From Campylobacter phage F348: 40,000 nt of DNA. The notes under the pieces were generated by a model that was not told the DNA's origin, ran no database searches, and worked only from the letters and a program-made list of their open reading frames with translations. This document shows, piece by piece, positions 7,558-15,758 of this stretch; the stretch's first letter is position 1; every line of letters begins with the position of its first letter. Position numbers and translations under genes: made by a program. The DNA lies in the sequence record MT863716.1, one strand, 5' to 3'.

Positions 7558-9921
7558 TTATATCTTACTTAAATGTTTAATATATTGTAATGGCAGATAA
7601 TAATTACCATTCATTTTTTTATATCCTAGTTCTTTTAGAAAATTTGTAAATGAAAAGTAATCTGTTGTATATTTTATATTTTGTATGTCATTATATGTAA
7701 AAATATCTTTTAATCTAATATCTGGATATGTTACACAATATTTTAGAAACTTAGCTCTATGAGATAATTCAAGCAAATTAGATGGATTATTCAGCAAATA
7801 GTTTTCCAGGAATTCATTTTTATTTTTATTTAGCGTATAAAATTTAAAATTGCGAATATAATTTAAATAATTTTTATCCTTTTTGATGGCACAAATCAAT
7901 TCATCTTTAATTTTACTATTTTCAAATTCATTTAACTCTATTTCCTTAGATATATCAGCTTGAACTATATTATAATTTACAATACTATCAACTATGTTTA
8001 TATTACTAAACTGATCTTGTAATAATAAACAAAATGACATCTTATGGTTTAATTCAATAGTTTCATAATAATAACATAATTTGTTATAAAACTCACTTAA
8101 ATATTCTAAGTCATCGATTTCAAAAGAATCAATAATATTCTTTTCAACTTCAAGTGGAGTAATCATATTTGTAGAACCTTCAACAAAAATATGAATATTC
8201 GATGCTAATCTTGATCTTTTTACCATTTGAATAGATGTGATAGCATCTATACTAGCACTATTATCAAAGTGAAAATGATGACTTATGTTATTCATAATAG
8301 AAACACCTACTGTAATGCTAGGCGAAAATAAAATACAATCATAATTAACATATTTCTTTTTAAAATATTCTGTAAATATATTATCTCTAATGAATCTGTT
8401 TGTATTACTGTTTATAGATATTACTTTTAAATTACTTTTAATTAAAAGACTCTCAACCGTTTTAAACTCAGATAATGTAGAAAATGACATTGTAACAACT
8501 TCATTTCTATTTTTGTTTTTACAAACATATTCTAATACTGAAAAGAATGTATTCTTTTTTGTATAAAGGCTAACATTTGTTTGGTCTTTATAATGGTTTT
8601 TTATTCTGCATACATCACTTAAAATATTAGAATGATCACTTAAAAATGCATCTAATATTAAAAGGTATTTTGAGTTTAATATATTATAGAATTTTCTAAG
8701 TATATTTAACGCATATGGTGAATCCTCTATACTAGTGACAATATACATTAGTAATGTTTCAAACTCATCTAATATTACATAATCAAAGTAGTCTAGATTT
8801 ATTTTATGTAACGAGTTTATTTGGCATACATAATTTTCACCATATAATATTTTTTTATCTTCTAGATAATATTTACATCCATATTTTAATGATATATCTT
8901 TTGCAAGAGTTTGCCTAACACTAATGAATAATATTTTTGATTTATCTTTAATATATTGATTTATGACATTTGATTTACCACTACCCATAGGTGATTTAAT
9001 ACAAACTACTCTAGTATCAGGAATATCAATATTTTTCAGAAATTTTTGGTTTATGTGTATATCAGGTGTGTATTTAAGTGATGACAATATTATTTTACTT
9101 TGTTTTTCTTGTAGAAATGCTTTACCATCTTTTGTTTTCAAATACTCTTGTAATATGTTTATATTTTTTGATGGGTTTGGATGAAATATAACAAAAGGGT
9201 TTGTTTCATACAAACAATATGAATATTTTGACTTTTTTTCTGAAGGCAAATTTATTGAATAATAACCAACATACTCTTTTATATTTCCTTTTAACTTAGT
9301 TTTTATATAATTTAAACACCATTCTACTTGTTTATTAGAACAGTTTATTGATGTTGTTTTAGATTGTGATTTTGGTAGAATTGAAAATGGGATACCTATA
9401 TCGTTTTCATTCTTGTAAAATACTGATACTTTTAAAGATGGTGCTTGATAACTAGAATGTCTTGTGGCTGATTCATCTATTGAACATAATCCTTTTAACT
9501 GTTCTTTAAAGAATAATAAAGTGTTTCTGATGTTTTCGTCAGTAGATTTGTAGTCTATCTTGCATATAACTTTTAAATTGAAATTATCAACAAAATTATA
9601 TGACCTTGAATTACAAATTAAACACTCCCATTTTGTATTCTTAAAATAGTCAATTATTTTTTGAAAATTACCTTTAGTAACTTTATCAAGATCGAGTATA
9701 ATATACCCACAGTCGTGCAAGTAATCCATGTTTTCTCGTTTTCTTTCAAACAATCCATTTGAATGAATAGGGCGACTTAGAATAAAATTTGACTCAATAA
9801 GTTGTGCAAATGAGTTTATAGAAGGGCATATAACATTTCTAAAATTAACTTTATTATCAATATCAGTTTTTAATACTTTAGTTTTTGATGTGTTGTCAAT
9901 TACTGTAAATATATACTTCAT
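7558..9921 (-). CDS. Primase-like N-terminus fused to SF2 helicase; origin-binding/UL9-like replication protein
   Basis: N-term CGYIILDLDKV...SYNFVDNFNLKVICKI (AEP-like); Walker A SPMGSGKS, DEFE Walker B, ...SIQMVKRSR motif VI-like. Confidence 0.6.
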   Translation of the reverse strand: MKYIFTVIDNTSKTKVLKTDIDNKVNFRNVICPSINSFAQLIESNFILSRPIHSNGLFERKRENMDYLHDCGYIILDLDKVTKGNFQKIIDYFKNTKWECLICNSRSYNFVDNFNLKVICKIDYKSTDENIRNTLLFFKEQLKGLCSIDESATRHSSYQAPSLKVSVFYKNENDIGIPFSILPKSQSKTTSINCSNKQVEWCLNYIKTKLKGNIKEYVGYYSINLPSEKKSKYSYCLYETNPFVIFHPNPSKNINILQEYLKTKDGKAFLQEKQSKIILSSLKYTPDIHINQKFLKNIDIPDTRVVCIKSPMGSGKSNVINQYIKDKSKILFISVRQTLAKDISLKYGCKYYLEDKKILYGENYVCQINSLHKINLDYFDYVILDEFETLLMYIVTSIEDSPYALNILRKFYNILNSKYLLILDAFLSDHSNILSDVCRIKNHYKDQTNVSLYTKKNTFFSVLEYVCKNKNRNEVVTMSFSTLSEFKTVESLLIKSNLKVISINSNTNRFIRDNIFTEYFKKKYVNYDCILFSPSITVGVSIMNNISHHFHFDNSASIDAITSIQMVKRSRLASNIHIFVEGSTNMITPLEVEKNIIDSFEIDDLEYLSEFYNKLCYYYETIELNHKMSFCLLLQDQFSNINIVDSIVNYNIVQADISKEIELNEFENSKIKDELICAIKKDKNYLNYIRNFKFYTLNKNKNEFLENYLLNNPSNLLELSHRAKFLKYCVTYPDIRLKDIFTYNDIQNIKYTTDYFSFTNFLKELGYKKMNGNYYLPLQYIKHLSKI

Positions 9922-9944
9922 AAATGCCCCTTCTATAAATTGTT

Positions 9945-9977
9945 ATTGTACAATATTGTAGCTTAGATTTAACTTAA
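9945..9977 (-). promoter_or_regulatory. Putative promoter, TTAAG-N6-CTAAG-N11-TACAAT
   Basis: Two boxes 11 bp apart then a TACAAT -10-like box, upstream of 7558-9921. Confidence 0.6.
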
Positions 9978-11513
9978 TTATATATTAACAACTACCTCGT
10001 CTATAACATATTGATTTTCATTATAATATTTTAATCTCTCTTCATAATGTTTAAACATATAGTTTTTCTTTGCATATCTTCCTCTAGCGTCATCAACTAT
10101 ATCATACAAATATACAATATTATTTTTGGTTTCATGTTTTCGTAGCATTCTCCCTATACTTTGATTAATTTTAATATAACTTTTACCAGGCATTGTGGAT
10201 ACAAGATTTTTTAATTTTCTAATATTAACCCCAGTACTCATAATAGAAGTAGTACCAAAAATAATAGCATCATCACAACTTTCCATAATCTGTCTTATAG
10301 ATTCTCTATCACTAGCTTTTGTTTCACCACTTACAAAAAATATGTTATATTTGTTTAATTTTCGTAATTCACTAATTTCAACATCAACACCATGTTTTAA
10401 TTTACACACTTTTCTAGCTAAGTTTTCACCATTAGAAACTCTTGTAAATAACACTATACTATTTCCTTTTTGTGAAACTTTGCATATTAGTTTGGCTATA
10501 ATGTCATCTCTTTCAGGTATTCCAAGAAAAAATGATACTTCTTGCTGGTAATTTTTAATGGTCCTAACAATAGAACTTGTAGCATCATTATATTTTAGTA
10601 TTATAGGTTTAATCTCCATTTCAGTAGCTAACCCCATATCAATTAACTCTCTTGGTGTAACATATGTTTTAGCAGTACCTAAAACAGCCATTAAAGATAA
10701 TTTATCACAATAATTTTGAGGCAATGTCCCCGTAAATCCAAATCTGTACTTTGCGTTTGTAGCGGATGGAAATATTATACTTTCATGAACATCACTGGCA
10801 GCTGTATGACACTCATCTTCAACTATAACAGTTATATCTTTAAACAATGAAACATTTCTATACAAACTTTGCCATGTTGATATGTTTAATTTTTTTACAA
10901 AAGACACTACCTTAAAATCACCACCTAATCTATCAACATATTTGTCTATATCTGTAAAACCATACTCTTTGAAATCAGAATACATTTGGTTTAATAACAC
11001 TACTGATGGAACTATTATCAAAATTTTGTCATCTGTATTTTTATATTTTTCAATGAACCATCTACATAAAACGTAAATGGTTAATGATTTACCACTACCA
11101 GTTGCCATTACACATATATTGTTTCCAGTATTAATACTATCAAAAGCAGCTTTTAATTGAAAGTCATAAGGTTCAAAAGGTAGTTTAAGTGATTTTACAA
11201 ACTTATTAAACTCTTCTTCAGTAATTTTTTCTATTTCATCATCAAAAGATAATTCAAGTTTATATTTTTCATTTAATCGTTTTATAATACCCTTTATGAA
11301 ACCTTTAGGGACAATTAGATAATCTCCACAATCTTTATAAAAATATTTAACACCATCAGAATATCCCATCCTTACAGCTGGTAAGAATTGGGCATTTGGT
11401 ATTTTAGCTGAGCATAGTTGTTTTATTTCATCTAAATATAATTGTGTTTCAGAGCTTATTTTGTAAGCTGATTCATTTAGTTTTTCTATTTTTATCAATT
11501 CAAATCCTTTCAA
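9978..11513 (-). CDS. uvsW: UvsW-like DNA/RNA helicase
   Basis: PYDFQLKAAF...CVMATGSGKSLTIYVL, DECHTA, GFTGTL, QSIGRMLR. Confidence 0.9.
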   Translation of the reverse strand: MKGFELIKIEKLNESAYKISSETQLYLDEIKQLCSAKIPNAQFLPAVRMGYSDGVKYFYKDCGDYLIVPKGFIKGIIKRLNEKYKLELSFDDEIEKITEEEFNKFVKSLKLPFEPYDFQLKAAFDSINTGNNICVMATGSGKSLTIYVLCRWFIEKYKNTDDKILIIVPSVVLLNQMYSDFKEYGFTDIDKYVDRLGGDFKVVSFVKKLNISTWQSLYRNVSLFKDITVIVEDECHTAASDVHESIIFPSATNAKYRFGFTGTLPQNYCDKLSLMAVLGTAKTYVTPRELIDMGLATEMEIKPIILKYNDATSSIVRTIKNYQQEVSFFLGIPERDDIIAKLICKVSQKGNSIVLFTRVSNGENLARKVCKLKHGVDVEISELRKLNKYNIFFVSGETKASDRESIRQIMESCDDAIIFGTTSIMSTGVNIRKLKNLVSTMPGKSYIKINQSIGRMLRKHETKNNIVYLYDIVDDARGRYAKKNYMFKHYEERLKYYNENQYVIDEVVVNI

Positions 11514-11537
11514 TTTTAAATAATTATATTCTTTAAT

Positions 11538-11957
11538 TTACCCTTTACCATTTAAAAATTTTTCTATTTCAATATAATTTGATAAATCATATCGTGTTTT
11601 GTTTAAATTATCTACACATTTTTCAATATACTCCATTATTAATATAGCTGTTGATTTTTTTACACGAATATTACATAATTCATTGTCTTTAGAAATTAAA
11701 TCTTTAATTTCTGTAACTGTGTAATTAATATTAGAGTTTTCTCTATAATGTGAATAAAGCATCATATATTTTTCATTGTATTCTTCATCTATTTGTATTA
11801 TAATATGTTTTAATCTACTCCAATAATTTAAATATTTAGCAATTGTACCTGACAATGTTGTTAAATGATGCTTTATAGTTGATGGATTCCAGTTTGAATC
11901 CATGTCATATTCTTCTATTATTTTTTTATGGAAACTTTTCAAATCATCTATTGTCAT
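11538..11957 (-). CDS. uvsY: UvsY-like recombination mediator
   Basis: Size (139 aa), helical composition and position next to uvsW; MTIDDLKSFHKKIIEEYDMDSNWNPST...YLNYWSRLKHI. Confidence 0.55.
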   Translation of the reverse strand: MTIDDLKSFHKKIIEEYDMDSNWNPSTIKHHLTTLSGTIAKYLNYWSRLKHIIIQIDEEYNEKYMMLYSHYRENSNINYTVTEIKDLISKDNELCNIRVKKSTAILIMEYIEKCVDNLNKTRYDLSNYIEIEKFLNGKG

Positions 11958-11958
11958 A

Positions 11959-12684
11959 TCATTTACCTACTAGTTCAACTTTACAGTTTGTGTTAAAATA
12001 TGGTGTTAAATCACCCCATATTTTTCCTTTAATTATTAAAGGTCTTTTATAATCTTTTATTTCAAAATTATATATAAATTCATTATCAGAATTTGTTACT
12101 TCACATATAATATTAATATAATAGTTTTCTTTTGTTTGTGCATACAAATATTTTGGTACTTCCACAAATGTTTCGTGACTATTTTTAATCTGTTCAGGTT
12201 TTATAATAATATTTTCTTTTATTTCGTTTTCAAGATTTTGTCTAATTTCATTTTCAACTTCATTTTTTGTAGATGTGTTTTTAGTTATAAAGCCATTAAA
12301 ATATGATTCATATTTATTATTTACAGATGTTTTAATATCATCATGTTTTATTTTATATAAAGCTGTTGCTATATAGCATCCATTAGTAGAAGTTGGCACA
12401 AATGTAACAATTGGTTTGTTATATTTTACATTTTTACCTTTATTGAAAACATATTGTTTTCCTCTGTATTGATAAACTTCAGATTTAACTTGTTGTTGTT
12501 CTAAACCATCAATTTGATTATTAAAATGATCGATAATATATTCTTTTTCTGAATCAAGATCCTTAGTACAGAATGATAGCTCTATAACAATATTACCTTT
12601 ATCTTCAATTACAGTTGAATCCATATAATTATATGCAAATAAACTTGAAGCTAGAGTTACTATAAAACATAATTTTTTTAACAT
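11959..12684 (-). CDS. Exported hypothetical protein with signal peptide
   Basis: MLKKLCFIVTLASSLFAYN N-terminus; a motif promoter lies directly upstream. Confidence 0.65.
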   Translation of the reverse strand: MLKKLCFIVTLASSLFAYNYMDSTVIEDKGNIVIELSFCTKDLDSEKEYIIDHFNNQIDGLEQQQVKSEVYQYRGKQYVFNKGKNVKYNKPIVTFVPTSTNGCYIATALYKIKHDDIKTSVNNKYESYFNGFITKNTSTKNEVENEIRQNLENEIKENIIIKPEQIKNSHETFVEVPKYLYAQTKENYYINIICEVTNSDNEFIYNFEIKDYKRPLIIKGKIWGDLTPYFNTNCKVELVGK

Positions 12685-12709
12685 TTTAATCCTTTAATTT
12701 ATTAGACGA

Positions 12710-12742
12710 ATTATATCATAATGTATCTTAAGATAAACTTAA
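12710..12742 (-). promoter_or_regulatory. Putative promoter, TTAAG-N6-TTAAG-N11-TATAAT
   Basis: TTAAGTTTATCTTAAGATACATTATGATATAAT. Confidence 0.75.
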
Positions 12743-12754
12743 CTATAACCCATC

Positions 12755-12841
12755 TTTGAGGTTTGAGCTACGAGGAAGCTCTTAGATCTATAATCATTCT
12801 CGATTACATTTACCGTTGTCTTAACTATCAATCCCCTCAAA
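12755..12841. ncRNA. Candidate structured RNA downstream of the Ro60-like gene
   Basis: Closing arms tttgagg/cctcaaa (7 bp) enclosing GAGCT-ACGAGGA-AGCTC and TAATC-ATTCTC-GATTA hairpins; about 170-bp non-coding gap. Confidence 0.3.
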
Positions 12842-12855
12842 AATAGGCAATATTA

Positions 12856-14238
12856 TTAAAAGTCATATCGTTCTTTGTTTATAGTTTCAAACATTATTTT
12901 TTCAGGGTTTAAATCATTAGTTAATAAACCTTTTACTATTGAAGGACTAAACCCTGATATTAAACAAGTTCCATTTTCATCTTTTCTTACAGGTATATTT
13001 CCACTTCTCCCATAAATATTCCAAAAAATTAATTCAGGCATTTTATAACCACTATTTTTAAAAGAATCTCTTATATATTCAAAATTTGTTTTACCTTGTT
13101 GAGCTTCGTCAAATTCCATATCACTTAAAATAACTAGAGCATCAGGTAAATCTTCTTGTGATAAATTATCAGCTTTTGCTCTATTTAAAATCAAATCAAA
13201 AGTTTTAGCGAAATTAGTATTCATACCCCAATTAGATTTTTTTATGGATTTATATTTTTCTCTTAAATCATTTCCTTCTATCTTTACCATTTCAGGATTT
13301 GCGGAAAAAGTTATAAAATAATCTTTAAAATCTTTATCATTTCTTTCACTTAAATACATACCTAAAGAAATTGCTATATTTAAAGCAGTTGTACTTCCTT
13401 GAACTTCTGTGCCCATGCTTCCAGAAACATCAATTATAGGAAATAGAGTCTTCTTAGAACCTTCCATCCAATCCTTTTGATTTTTCCACATTTCATTTGC
13501 TAAAACATCATTCTTTGACAATAATCTAATTATTTCGTAAGGATATATTGCAGAAATATTTACTTTTGATTCACCTTTTACCAATGATTCTTGATAATTT
13601 TCAAATCTTTCTTTATCATTTCTTTCAAAGGCATCATTATGCTTAGCCATTGCTTTTGAAGGAATTTTTTCATATTCTATTAAATTCCATTCTTTAGAAC
13701 ACATTTTATTTTCAACAACACAAGTATTAGAAGACAATAACTTTCTATAATCTTTAGCATTTAATTTTAATAATTTCATCAATTTTTTGGCTAATTTAGA
13801 TTTACTTGATTTTTCTCTAGGCATCCACTTAGCACATAATTGATTATTAAAATCTAGTATTTTAATTAATTCATTTCCTACTAAGTCTAATTGTTTATCA
13901 GTTATTAAATCATCAAACCTGCCTAATTCAGGAACTTTTCTAATTATTCTTTTATAAATTTCCTTATCATTTTCTGCAATAAAATCTAAAAATCTTTTAA
14001 ATACTTCTCTTCTTCCTGCACCTTCTCTTGCATCTCTTGTCCATAACAATATTCTAGAAGTTAATTCCTTATCAATATTAAATGATTCTTTTACTTTTTC
14101 AAAAACATTGTCAATATTATTTTCATTAGTTGTTCCTATAATAAAAAATAAATCTAGGGCTATATTTAATGAAGAGCTTAATGTTAAAGCACCATTTTCT
14201 GTATAAGATAAATTTGATAGAGAATTAACAAATTTCAT
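12856..14238 (-). CDS. DUF2828-like protein: helical repeat region plus vWA domain (Ro60/TROVE-like architecture)
   Basis: TENGALTLSSSLNIALDLFFIIG, RDAREGAGRREVFKRFLDF, KWMPREKSSKSKLAKKL, MIDAS IIDVSGSM, FITFSANP, WGMNTNF, LSDMEFDEA, ISGFSPSIVK. Confidence 0.8.
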   Translation of the reverse strand: MKFVNSLSNLSYTENGALTLSSSLNIALDLFFIIGTTNENNIDNVFEKVKESFNIDKELTSRILLWTRDAREGAGRREVFKRFLDFIAENDKEIYKRIIRKVPELGRFDDLITDKQLDLVGNELIKILDFNNQLCAKWMPREKSSKSKLAKKLMKLLKLNAKDYRKLLSSNTCVVENKMCSKEWNLIEYEKIPSKAMAKHNDAFERNDKERFENYQESLVKGESKVNISAIYPYEIIRLLSKNDVLANEMWKNQKDWMEGSKKTLFPIIDVSGSMGTEVQGSTTALNIAISLGMYLSERNDKDFKDYFITFSANPEMVKIEGNDLREKYKSIKKSNWGMNTNFAKTFDLILNRAKADNLSQEDLPDALVILSDMEFDEAQQGKTNFEYIRDSFKNSGYKMPELIFWNIYGRSGNIPVRKDENGTCLISGFSPSIVKGLLTNDLNPEKIMFETINKERYDF

Positions 14239-14430
14239 TTTCTTTCCTTTATAAAAATCAGGGTATTTAAAAATTCAGATATACTGAAAATCACTAAGCA
14301 CATAAAATCATAAAATATTAATTTGCTGTAAATACCCTTTTTAATCATGGTACTTTTTAGAGAATTCATCATTATCAGTAATGTCCTTAAAACTTTGCTG
14401 TTAGTACCATTTACTTGTGTTTAAAGATAC

Positions 14431-14477
14431 TTTTAAACACATTTAAATCTTCATTGAAAACTTAAATGTGTTTAAAA
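14431..14477 (-). other. 16-bp hairpin immediately 3' of tRNA-Tyr CCA
   Basis: Arms 14431-14446 and 14462-14477 are complementary. Confidence 0.7.
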
Positions 14478-14562
14478 TGGTGTAGAAGGATGGATTTGAA
14501 CCATCAATGCCAAAAGACGCCAGATTTACAGTCTGGTGGATTACCAATTATCCTACTTCTAC
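14478..14562 (-). tRNA. tRNA-Tyr(GTA), CCA encoded
   Basis: Acceptor GTAGAAG/CTTCTAC, anticodon arm CCAGA-CTGTAAA-TCTGG, long variable arm, T-arm GGTTCAAATCC. Confidence 0.93.
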
Positions 14563-14580
14563 ATTTATTATAATTATAAA

Positions 14581-14655
14581 TGGCTGCAGATAGAGGATTC
14601 GAACCTCTGACCCATCGATTAACAGTCGATTGCACTACCGCTGTGCTAATCTGCA
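14581..14655 (-). tRNA. tRNA-Asn(GTT), CCA encoded
   Basis: TGCAGATTAGCACAGCGGTAGTGCAATCGACTGTTAATCGATGGGTCAGAGGTTCGAATCCTCTATCTGCAGCCA. Confidence 0.93.
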
Positions 14656-14661
14656 ATAATT

Positions 14662-14815
14662 ATTGTGTTTATTCACTACAACTTCAATAGATTAGAGTTA
14701 TTGAAGTTGTGGTATCTAATCTTATATTGTGTGTTTTTACTCAAAAACTTCCCAAACTGCCATTTGGGATCGGAATTAAACCGATACTCTCACAATATAA
14801 TCGAATAAACACAAT
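14662..14815 (-). ncRNA. Candidate structured ncRNA (nested cloverleaf-like element plus pseudoknot-capable hairpin)
   Basis: 13-bp outer stem 14662-14674/14803-14815; 10-bp inner stem 14722-14731/14791-14800 enclosing three hairpins (14733-14748, 14750-14769, 14769-14785, the last two sharing one boundary base); 12-bp hairpin 14678-14710 whose loop GATTAGA is complementary to TCTAATC 14715-14721. Confidence 0.65.
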
Positions 14816-14849
14816 TAAAACTTCCTTAAAAAATCTTAATTGTGTTTAA
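14806..14849 (-). other. 14-bp hairpin 3 nt downstream of tRNA-Met CCA
   Basis: Arms 14806-14819 and 14836-14849; left arm overlaps the outer stem of the ncRNA candidate. Confidence 0.7.
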
Positions 14850-14852
14850 AAA

Positions 14853-14927
14853 TGGTGGGCGAAATAGGAATCGAACCTATAACCAACCGGTTATGAGCCG
14901 GTTGCTCTACCATTGAGCTACTCGCCC
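14853..14927 (-). tRNA. tRNA with CAT anticodon (Met, or lysidine-modified Ile2), CCA encoded
   Basis: GGGCGAGTAGCTCAATGGTAGAGCAACCGGCTCATAACCGGTTGGTTATAGGTTCGATTCCTATTTCGCCCACCA. Confidence 0.93.
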
Positions 14928-14949
14928 TTACTTAATTTTTATATTCGTA

Positions 14950-14981
14950 ATCGTATCATAATAACCTTAAATTAACCTTAA
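14950..14981 (-). promoter_or_regulatory. Putative promoter of tRNA-Met/ncRNA cluster
   Basis: TTAAGGTTAATTTAAGGTTATTATGATACGAT, ending 22 bp before tRNA-Met. Confidence 0.75.
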
Positions 14982-14996
14982 AACTATTATTGATAC

Positions 14997-15057
14997 ATAA
15001 GAGATAAGACAAGCTCTCTCTGTTAGGTTTGACTACCTAAGCCGTCTTATCTCTTAT
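14997..15057 (-). ncRNA. Candidate small hairpin RNA (61 nt)
   Basis: 14-bp stem 14997-15010/15044-15057 capped by a 6-bp hairpin TTAGGT-ttgact-ACCTAA with asymmetric internal loop; lies directly downstream of its own motif promoter. Confidence 0.5.
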
Positions 15058-15078
15058 ATATCCAATTTTTATACCGTA

Positions 15079-15110
15079 ATCGTATCACAATAACCTTAAG
15101 ACTTCCTTAA
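15079..15110 (-). promoter_or_regulatory. Putative promoter
   Basis: TTAAGGAAGTCTTAAGGTTATTGTGATACGAT followed by TACGGTATAA. Confidence 0.7.
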
Positions 15111-15758
15111 TTATTGTTTTATTTGAAATTTAAGAGGATAATATGTACCATCTTCACTAAATGGTAAATCTCTTGTTTTAAACTTCATTTTATCTGTAAC
15201 AAATACTTTATTATTTAAGTATAATTCTATTTCACCAACTTTGTTAAATTGTGTTTTTTTAGTCTTTTCAAGTAAAATATAATGTCCAAATACAAAGTTT
15301 CTTATCATTTTGTTAAAAGTGAAAGCTATATTCCATTCTCTTACTTTTTTTGGTAAAATATAAACTTTTATACCTAATGTTTCAGTGATCTTATTTATCT
15401 CAGAGATACTTTTATACCTAAATACACAAAAATATTCAGCATCTTTTGCTTTTTTAAATATATTTGGACTTACATATCTTTCAAAATCACTAGGTGTTTT
15501 TGGTATTCTTCTTAAATAATTTTCATCGCTCGGAGTTAATTCTTTAATTTTAGGAAGCATAAATCTTAAATCTGTTGAGTTAGCCTCATTAAACTTTAAG
15601 AAAACAGGTTTATATTTGTCTGCAACTTCATAAAACCAATAATAAGGTGATTTCGATAAAATATATGTGTTAAAGTTTATTTTATTTTCTTTTAAGTTTT
15701 TTATAAACTCATTACTTTCTTTTATATCATAGTAAGGATCAAATGTTAGTATCATCAT
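15111..15758 (-). CDS. Hypothetical protein co-transcribed with methyltransferase
   Basis: Open frame overlapping the methyltransferase 3' end. Confidence 0.6.
   Translation of the reverse strand: MMILTFDPYYDIKESNEFIKNLKENKINFNTYILSKSPYYWFYEVADKYKPVFLKFNEANSTDLRFMLPKIKELTPSDENYLRRIPKTPSDFERYVSPNIFKKAKDAEYFCVFRYKSISEINKITETLGIKVYILPKKVREWNIAFTFNKMIRNFVFGHYILLEKTKKTQFNKVGEIELYLNNKVFVTDKMKFKTRDLPFSEDGTYYPLKFQIKQ

Noticed and set aside
14416-14477. CRISPR-like or multi-copy repeat (TAAACACA/TGTGTTTA arms)
   Set aside because: Arms are inverted hairpin halves near tRNA trailers, without regular spacers or repeat length; no cas genes apart from a generic Cas4/RecB-like nuclease.
14722-14800. Possible fourth tRNA (cloverleaf-like, with a 5-bp/7-nt arm)
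   Set aside because: Closing stem is 10 bp, no CCA, middle arm has a 6-nt loop, and the 5/7 arm loop is not a proper T-loop in either orientation; kept as a structured ncRNA candidate instead.
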